Below, piece after piece: positions 58,125 to 64,000 of a stretch of DNA of 64,000 nucleotides. The translations under genes and the position numbers were made by a program. Every line of letters begins with the position of its first letter. The first letter of the stretch is position 1. Below the pieces are notes generated by a model. The model saw only the letters and a list, made by a program, of their open reading frames with translations. It was not told the DNA's origin and did not search any database. The stretch comes from a bacterium (lineage in GTDB: Bacteria > SAR324 > JACQKK01): NCBI GenBank assembly GCA_965249525.1, contig OZ252237.1:1413705-1477704 (forward strand), written 5' to 3'.

Positions 58125-59465
58125 TTATGGAGTTAAAGAGGATGTGGCTTTATTCCAGCCGTTTTTAAATACCAGCAAGGCACAGAGGAGTGCAGCTGCG
58201 ATTTGTGCCAGAAGGGTGGCTTGTGCAGCACCGAGGATGCCGCGCTGCAAGATGAAGGGATAATTGAGGGCAAGGTTGATGAGGAAAGCGACCATAGCGA
58301 TGGAGGCAGCGGAGAGGGTGCGTTCTTGGTGGAGCAGAAAAACCGAACAGATGAGATAGAAGCCATGGGCAGCATGGGCAATCACCAGCCAGGGGACGAC
58401 AGTGCTGGCTTGGGAGAACACCCCAGATGTGAGCCATTTGGTGAGCAGAGGCAGCAGGGCTGCAGCAATGAGAGCCAGCAGCAGGAAAGCTGTACACAAC
58501 AGAAGCAGCGCAGATTTTAATCGCTGCAGCGAGGCTGGATCATGACCAGCCAGCCGTGCCAAGGCCCAAGGATGCCATAAGGACTGCACAGAAGCCGCCA
58601 CAATAAAAAAAGCCAAAGCCACCTGGGTGCCAGCCACGTACACACCCAATGTCTCCAAACCAACCATAGCCTTTAAAAAAAAGCGGTCGGCATATTGAAT
58701 CATATTGAGGGCAAACACTTGCAGCACCAGAGGCAAGCCGTGTTTTAGTCCATGTGAGACATCCCCCAATTTCATGGCAGGACGCAAATATCCTGCCCAA
58801 CGCAGCCACACCAACCCCAACAATACCGGCAAAATAAATGACCCCAACTGAGACAACAACAACCCCCTAGCCTGACCCCCTCCCAACACCACCCACCATA
58901 TCGCCAGCACAGCCAACAACAACCGCTGCCCCAAAGACATCACCGCATAAGAAATCCGACGCCCCCTGGCAATGGCAAACATGCGCAAAATGTGCAGCAC
59001 ATTTTCCAACAGCGCTATTACAATCACCAACTCCAACCAATGCAGCAAAACCCCTCCTGCCGCCAACCCCTCCTCAACCGCACCGCGCAGCAGCCACCCT
59101 CCCACATCAGGCAGCAGCCAAGCCCCGCCTGCTAACAAAAAACCCATCCCAAAACACAGCAGCAGCACCGTGCCCAAATACTCCCCCAAACGCCCCGCAG
59201 GCAAATCAAATGACCGCCGCAGCACCGCACTGTCCAATCCCAAACGCACAAAAGGATGAAACAACCAAGCCACTGCTATAAAAAAGCCATACAGACCATA
59301 CTGCTGCGGCGACACCGTGCGCGTGAACAATGGCAGCAAGCCCAAGGGAATCAGTGCCTGCATCCCGTTGACACCCCCATACCAACACAAATCACGCACA
59401 AAACCAGGCCGCAGCAACTTGCCCCACACCCTCCCCAAGGCCTCCCGCCATGCTGCCATCATCAA
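58125..59465 (-). CDS. polysaccharide/oligosaccharide flippase-family (Wzx/MurJ-like MOP superfamily) membrane protein
   Basis: 446 aa, about 12-14 TM helices. MOP-flippase-like topology. No family-specific motif confirmed. Confidence 0.5.
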   Translation of the reverse strand: MMMAAWREALGRVWGKLLRPGFVRDLCWYGGVNGMQALIPLGLLPLFTRTVSPQQYGLYGFFIAVAWLFHPFVRLGLDSAVLRRSFDLPAGRLGEYLGTVLLLCFGMGFLLAGGAWLLPDVGGWLLRGAVEEGLAAGGVLLHWLELVIVIALLENVLHILRMFAIARGRRISYAVMSLGQRLLLAVLAIWWVVLGGGQARGLLLSQLGSFILPVLLGLVWLRWAGYLRPAMKLGDVSHGLKHGLPLVLQVFALNMIQYADRFFLKAMVGLETLGVYVAGTQVALAFFIVAASVQSLWHPWALARLAGHDPASLQRLKSALLLLCTAFLLLALIAAALLPLLTKWLTSGVFSQASTVVPWLVIAHAAHGFYLICSVFLLHQERTLSAASIAMVAFLINLALNYPFILQRGILGAAQATLLAQIAAALLCALLVFKNGWNKATSSLTP

Positions 59466-59524
59466 CTAATCCATCCAAATGGCATATTCCATATCCACCC
59501 CCACACCAGGTGAACTTCCCCAGG

Positions 59525-60409
59525 CTACTTATGGTGATGATAACTTTGTTCAATCAATTCAAAAACTGCATCCATGTCCTCTTCTTTTTCCAGCTTGACT
59601 TCATAATCACCATTTCCAAAATGTCTTTTGGAATATTTGGTAATCTTATGTGGATCATCTAAGGCACCATTGGGAACATTGAGAACCACCAGGACAGCAG
59701 ATTTTTGTAAAGAGATATTCACAAAATTGGTTACCAGTTTGTAGGTAATATAACTTTTTTTGGGTTCAACTTTAATGGATGAATCAAGTTCAATTATTCT
59801 TTGGCTGATTTCCCCAAACATTTTCTTAATTTTTGGGGGTTTATTGCTGAGGTGATCTTTAATTGTATATTCTTTGGCTGGTTTTTCTTTTTTTTCCTTG
59901 TCAGAAACTTTTTTTGCAGAGGAACTTTCTTGCTGGAATTTTCTATCAAGCCAAAGGATATTGTTTTTGTAAATGACAAATTCCAAAAGCTCTATTTTGA
60001 TATGTGATACTTCATCAGCAGTGTCCCTATCAAATTTATTATAGCTTTTGGCTATGCAAATTATTTTAGGGGCGCTCCAATCAATCTCCTTAATATCCAC
60101 TTTGGCTTGCTGTACCAAAGCCTCAAAATCGGCTTTATGGTCTTTCAACCATCTCAAATAGGAAATGGCTTGATTGATAATACTGCTGTCTTGCTTTTTC
60201 TTATACTCAATAATAACAGGCGTCCCGTCACCCTCAATCCCCAGTGTATCAATGCGTCCATTGGTCGTTTGGTATTCGGAGGCAAGAAAAGTAATATTCA
60301 ATATTTTGCTGAGATTTTTCTCAAAGACATTTTGTATGTATTTCTCAAGCTTAATCTCGGTAGAGGGGATTTTCTTTACAGTGTCATTTTTTTCTATGGA
60401 AAACAGCAT
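59525..60409 (-). CDS. PD-(D/E)xK nuclease-fold protein (NucS/DUF91-like N-domain plus uncharacterised C-domain), inside the AT-rich islet next to tRNA-Ser
   Basis: Start set at MLFSIEKN, because the longer ORF runs into the tRNA. D..E.K core GRIDTLGIEGDGTPVIIEYKK. Lys-rich linker. AT-rich composition unlike its neighbours. Confidence 0.4.
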   Translation of the reverse strand: MLFSIEKNDTVKKIPSTEIKLEKYIQNVFEKNLSKILNITFLASEYQTTNGRIDTLGIEGDGTPVIIEYKKKQDSSIINQAISYLRWLKDHKADFEALVQQAKVDIKEIDWSAPKIICIAKSYNKFDRDTADEVSHIKIELLEFVIYKNNILWLDRKFQQESSSAKKVSDKEKKEKPAKEYTIKDHLSNKPPKIKKMFGEISQRIIELDSSIKVEPKKSYITYKLVTNFVNISLQKSAVLVVLNVPNGALDDPHKITKYSKRHFGNGDYEVKLEKEEDMDAVFELIEQSYHHHK

Positions 60410-60456
60410 ACTATCCCCCCTAAATAAGTTATGAAGATTGCTTGCAGCAGAAAAGG

Positions 60457-60545
60457 CGGAGAGGGCGGGATTCGAACCCGCGGTGCAGATTTCACCACAC
60501 AACAGATTAGCAATCTGCCACTTTCGGCCACTCAGTCACCTCTCC
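60457..60545 (-). tRNA. tRNA-Ser (anticodon GCT)
   Basis: Reverse complement GGAGAGGTGACTGAGTGGCCGAAAGTGGCAGATTGCTAATCTGT...GGTTCGAATCCCGCCCTCTCCG. Long variable arm, anticodon loop TTGCTAA. Confidence 0.8.
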
Positions 60546-60674
60546 ATTGGCCTTAATCTTAAAACAAAACGCCCCCATTCACCAAGTGACAAGAACACCT
60601 TTGTTGGTTTACGAAGGAAATTTTTACCACCAAGCTTCCCGCTAAGCGAACCTGGCATTCCCTTTCCACTCAAG

Positions 60675-60763
60675 CAGAGGGGGGGGGATTCGAACCCCCG
60701 GAGCCCTTTGAAAGGCTCAGCGGTTTTCAAGACCGCCGGTTTCAACCACTCACCCACCCCTCC
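60675..60763 (-). tRNA. tRNA-Ser (anticodon TGA)
   Basis: Reverse complement GGAGGGGTGGGTGAGTGGTTGAAACCGGCGGTCTTGAAAACCGC...GGGGGTTCGAATCCCCC CCCCTCTG. Resembles E. coli serT. Anticodon loop CTTGAAA. Confidence 0.8.
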
Positions 60764-60858
60764 CAGCAAGGTATCGCTATGGCAGCTTGGCTCGTAAGAG
60801 TTGAAGAGGGCACTGCTAAAATGTGTCACAGCCACCAGAGATTGTCAAACTGTTGGGG

Positions 60859-61776
60859 CTATTGGAACAGCATGCTGGAAAGCCTGCGTCGGTATGTTTT
60901 CACCAGTTCGGAGTCTGGAGGCAATAGCTGAAAAATAGCCAGCATGGCTTTTTTGGGGGCTTGCTGGCCATAGTCCGCATGCGATTTCATCAGCTGTAAC
61001 AATTGTTCCAACGCATCTTGGAAGCTGCCTTGCAAGGCTTGCTGGCAGGCTTTTTGATAGGCTTGAACCGCGGCTTTTTCCTCTGCCTTGCCTGCAGGCG
61101 GATGCTGCACCTCTTGCGACAACAGCACCATCCCTTGCAGCAAACCCAGTTGGCTTTTGAGAAAACGGCGACGATCAGATGCCTCCAGGCTGTCCCAATC
61201 TCCCTTGGCAGCAGCCTCAGCAGATGCGCTGGCAGCATCCAAATCTCCCTGATGCAGTGCCTGCAATCCCATGCCAATGTGGGCTGCTGAATTGGCGGCT
61301 TCTTTTTCCAAGGTCTCACGAAACACCAATTCCGCTTGGGCGCGCTCTCCCTGATGCCAGCGCAGCAGGGCTTCATCAACAGTTTGCAGCTGTTCCCCTG
61401 GCGACACCGCAGCACCCAAATGACGTTCCAAAAACTGACGCACCTCGGCTTCGGGCAATGCCCCCATAAAATCACCCAGCAGCTGCCCATGGCGCAGCAA
61501 CTTTACCGCAGGAATACTCTGCACCCCCAACATGGTCGCCAAATTTGGATTCTCTTCAATATTGAGCTTCACCAAATGAAACGCACCCTGGTACTCAGCA
61601 GCCAATTTCTCCAGTATCGGTGTCAGCGTACGACAGGGAGCACACCAAGGCGCCCACAAATCCAGCAAGACCGGCGTACGCACAGATTGTTCCAACACCT
61701 TGGACTGAAAATCCGCCTCGGTTGCTTCATACACCCACTGCTGTGGTGCTGGTTTGTCTTCGCTGAGATTATTCAT
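60859..61776 (-). CDS. thioredoxin-domain protein with C-terminal TPR-like helical domain (YbbN/CnoX-like)
   Basis: Thioredoxin fold with WCAPC active site (LLDLWAPWCAPCRTLTPILEKLAAEY). The 190-aa helical C-terminal extension is A/L/Q-rich. Confidence 0.7.
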   Translation of the reverse strand: MNNLSEDKPAPQQWVYEATEADFQSKVLEQSVRTPVLLDLWAPWCAPCRTLTPILEKLAAEYQGAFHLVKLNIEENPNLATMLGVQSIPAVKLLRHGQLLGDFMGALPEAEVRQFLERHLGAAVSPGEQLQTVDEALLRWHQGERAQAELVFRETLEKEAANSAAHIGMGLQALHQGDLDAASASAEAAAKGDWDSLEASDRRRFLKSQLGLLQGMVLLSQEVQHPPAGKAEEKAAVQAYQKACQQALQGSFQDALEQLLQLMKSHADYGQQAPKKAMLAIFQLLPPDSELVKTYRRRLSSMLFQ

Positions 61777-61995
61777 ATTGGCTTCAAGGGCATCGTTTAG
61801 TTGTATTCAAGCAGCCAAAAGAGTAAAATAAAACACTATGCCGAATCTTATTTCTTGGTTGTCCGTATGTTACTATTCACCACCACATCATGGCTGCCAA
61901 GCGATAGAAATCACCAAATTCATCAGCGTTTCATTTCTTCCATACGGATATATCTTACTTTATCGTGCTGATAGAACAAATGTTATCACCTCTCA

Positions 61996-62046
61996 GTTGA
62001 AAGATACTTCCCCTTAAAGATACTTCCCCTTAAAGATACTTCCCTT
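61996..62046. repeat. 17-bp tandem repeat x3 (TAAAGATACTTCCCCT)
   Basis: Read directly. Upstream of the exonuclease-NUDIX fusion gene. Confidence 0.9.
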
Positions 62047-62146
62047 TTTGTTGGCTGATGTTCCCAACCCACTTCCATTTTTAACCTTTATGCGGCTGAA
62101 ACATTACTCAGAACCTTGCCATTCTTTAACCCTTGGGAAAAACTTG

Positions 62147-63484
62147 ATGGCCTTTGATTTAGAAATGGCCAATTCATTTGTAGGAGAAGCGCCAATCATC
62201 TGCATGGTGGGATTGGGAGTGTATGACGCCAAACAGCAATCACTGTGCTGCACCATCGCCAGCATCAATTCACGCCAGCAAGAAGCCAAGTTGGTGAACT
62301 GGTTTTTGCAGCAACTGCGTGAATTCCAGCTTCAGCAACCCAATGCTTCTTTGCTGTCTTTTTCTGGCACAGACAACGACATCCCCTGGTTAAAGCAGCG
62401 CATCAAGCAATACGGTGTCCCCCTAGAAGCAGCGGCGGCATTGCAAGGCATTGCCCACCTAGATTTAAAATGCGAATTCCAGAAACGCACCCGACGAGAC
62501 CAGATTTCCTTAAAGAGGCTGGAAGAATTGTTTGGCATTGAGCGCCAGGACAAGCTGACTTCTCGTAAAGTGAGTTTTCTGCTGACTGATGTACTGCGCA
62601 AAGACGGCAAAGTACCCATACCAGAGGTGGTACATCGGTATTTGTTTCAGGATGTGGGTTCTTTGCTGCATATTTTTGGTCGCTGGGAGGAAGTATCATT
62701 GGATGATGAGCATTTAGGGGAGCGGGAGTATTTGGAGCGTTTGTTGAGTTTATTTCGGCGTGCCAGACGTGCTTCTCAAGGAAAGCGTGCACCTTTAGAA
62801 GGTGCCTCAGCAGCAACAGTGTGGGATTTTGCCTTGCAGTTACAAGCGTCGATAGAAAAAACGCTCAGCAAGGGAGAATTTTCCAATTTTAGGCTGCCGC
62901 CACTGCCGAGATTGAATTCAACGCACCCTGAAGTAGAACAACTACGAAAACGTTATCAGGCGTTAAAAGAAATTCGTCTGCGAAATGAAGACTCATATTT
63001 GCTGCGTCATGATTTGACTTGCCCTAGGGGAGCATTGGCAGTGGTGCGCGATGCCAACAAGCAAGTACTGATGATAAAGCGCGGGGAGGGATTATCACGG
63101 GCGCCGGGTTGCTGGGGATTGCCAGGGGGTTTGATAGAAGACGGCGAGCTGCCAGGGGCATGCGCCCGACGTGAATTGCAAGAAGAAGCAGGCATCAGCG
63201 GACGTGCTGCTTCTATGCTGGGAGTCACCCGCAGCTACAGTGGAGAATACGACTTGTTTTGGATGGAAGTGGTGCTGGACGACTACCAAGCCGCTCTTCA
63301 ACCTGATGGCAAAGAAGCGTCTGAGGTACGCTGGGTGTCATTAGATTCCTTGGAACATCTGCAGCCGCTTATCCCAGGCGCATTGGCAGATTTACAGCGC
63401 ATGCTAGGCGGAAAAAGATCTTCCAACAACAGGCATGCCAAATCCAGTAAAAAGAAATCCCCACAACCTGTACCTCATGCTTAA
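62147..63484 (+). CDS. fusion protein: RNase H-like 3'-5' exonuclease-type domain (YprB-like) plus C-terminal NUDIX hydrolase domain
   Basis: Start MAFDLEMAN (exonuclease motif I-like FDLE). C-terminal Nudix box GGLIEDGELPGACARRELQEEAGI. Basic tail. Confidence 0.5.
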   Translation: MAFDLEMANSFVGEAPIICMVGLGVYDAKQQSLCCTIASINSRQQEAKLVNWFLQQLREFQLQQPNASLLSFSGTDNDIPWLKQRIKQYGVPLEAAAALQGIAHLDLKCEFQKRTRRDQISLKRLEELFGIERQDKLTSRKVSFLLTDVLRKDGKVPIPEVVHRYLFQDVGSLLHIFGRWEEVSLDDEHLGEREYLERLLSLFRRARRASQGKRAPLEGASAATVWDFALQLQASIEKTLSKGEFSNFRLPPLPRLNSTHPEVEQLRKRYQALKEIRLRNEDSYLLRHDLTCPRGALAVVRDANKQVLMIKRGEGLSRAPGCWGLPGGLIEDGELPGACARRELQEEAGISGRAASMLGVTRSYSGEYDLFWMEVVLDDYQAALQPDGKEASEVRWVSLDSLEHLQPLIPGALADLQRMLGGKRSSNNRHAKSSKKKSPQPVPHA

Positions 63485-63720
63485 AACCCACACAAAATTT
63501 ACTTGTGGTATGTTTGTTATAGGATATAAATTATTGCGTGAGATATGTTTTTTTTAGTACTGCAATAAACATGTCGTTAGGTGTTCTTGTCAGCCAAATG
63601 AAAATACCTTGGGAACATAAAAATCCTTATCAACAAATATTCCATTGAGGTTTGTGCTGGCAATTGCATACGCTTCACAGCAGCTAACTTTGTTTGCTAC
63701 CTATTAACAAAAAGGAACAT

Positions 63721-63954
63721 ATGGGTGATCATCGCGTCTACAAATTAATGAAAGGAAGCGAAATCGTTTACATAGGCTTCACCAACAAGGAATTAGCAGA
63801 GGCTCTTAAGGAACATAGTACAGCAGGCTGGGAGTTTGATTCGAGTGAATGTGTGGGGACTGTACCATCTGAAGAAGTCGCCCGTGATTTATGTGAAGTC
63901 CAGATAAAAGCCTATCAAGCAAAACACGAAGATCTGCCCAAACATAACGAATAA
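63721..63954 (+). CDS. small hypothetical protein, possible GIY-YIG-like N-terminal motif
   Basis: 77 aa from MGDHRVYKL with RBS AAAGGAAC. Motif RVYKLMKGSEIVYIGFTNK loosely resembles GIY...YIG. AT-rich locus at the window edge. Confidence 0.25.
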   Translation: MGDHRVYKLMKGSEIVYIGFTNKELAEALKEHSTAGWEFDSSECVGTVPSEEVARDLCEVQIKAYQAKHEDLPKHNE

Positions 63955-64000
63955 TAGCTGCCGTGGTGCAAGCTTTTTATGCAAGCCTTTCTGGTCTGAC

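Noticed and set aside
59470-60545. Integrase-mediated island at tRNA-Ser with att direct repeat
   Set aside because: No integrase or recombinase gene is present, and I found no copy of the tRNA 3' end at the distal border. I describe it only as a compositionally foreign islet.

Overview
This is a 64 kb bacterial chromosomal window with a gammaproteobacterial-like gene set and codon usage, about 50-55% GC, densely coding on both strands. It is dominated by housekeeping genes. These include a TRAP transporter (dctPQM-like), pgi, a RelA/SpoT-family (p)ppGpp enzyme, carB, rppH, dut, a Kv-type K+ channel, a split glycine dehydrogenase (gcvPA/gcvPB) with gcvT unlinked, and rnhA. There is a minimal isc cluster (iscS-iscU-hscB-hscA-iscX) lacking iscR, iscA and fdx. 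Further genes are pepA, ispH, plsC, a DedA-family protein, a GldA/GldF/GldG-like ABC transporter with a DUF4340 partner, slt, a truncated hemoglobin, gap, pgk, hemC, a SurA-like PPIase, an LpoA-like protein, murE, lysA, metF, a flippase and a thioredoxin-domain protein. Four tRNAs are present: Arg-CCT, Gln-TTG, and tandem Ser-GCT and Ser-TGA. Two short, strongly AT-rich islets interrupt this background. The first (about 44.4-45.4 kb, between a GntR-family regulator gene and hemC) encodes a Panacea/DUF4065-domain antitoxin-like protein whose stop overlaps (ATGA) the start of a 72-aa protein with a C-terminal transmembrane helix. This is my best candidate for a new PanAT-type toxin-antitoxin or defense module. 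The second (about 59.5-60.4 kb) lies immediately 3' of the tandem tRNA-Ser genes and encodes a PD-(D/E)xK-like nuclease-domain protein. Nearly every intergenic region carries a distinct short tandem repeat (8-21 bp unit, 3-7 copies; two larger 57-bp and about 80-bp duplications). Two gene 3' ends (the ABC ATPase and the DNA methyltransferase) are partially duplicated just downstream. No IS elements, integrases, prophage genes or CRISPR arrays were recognised.
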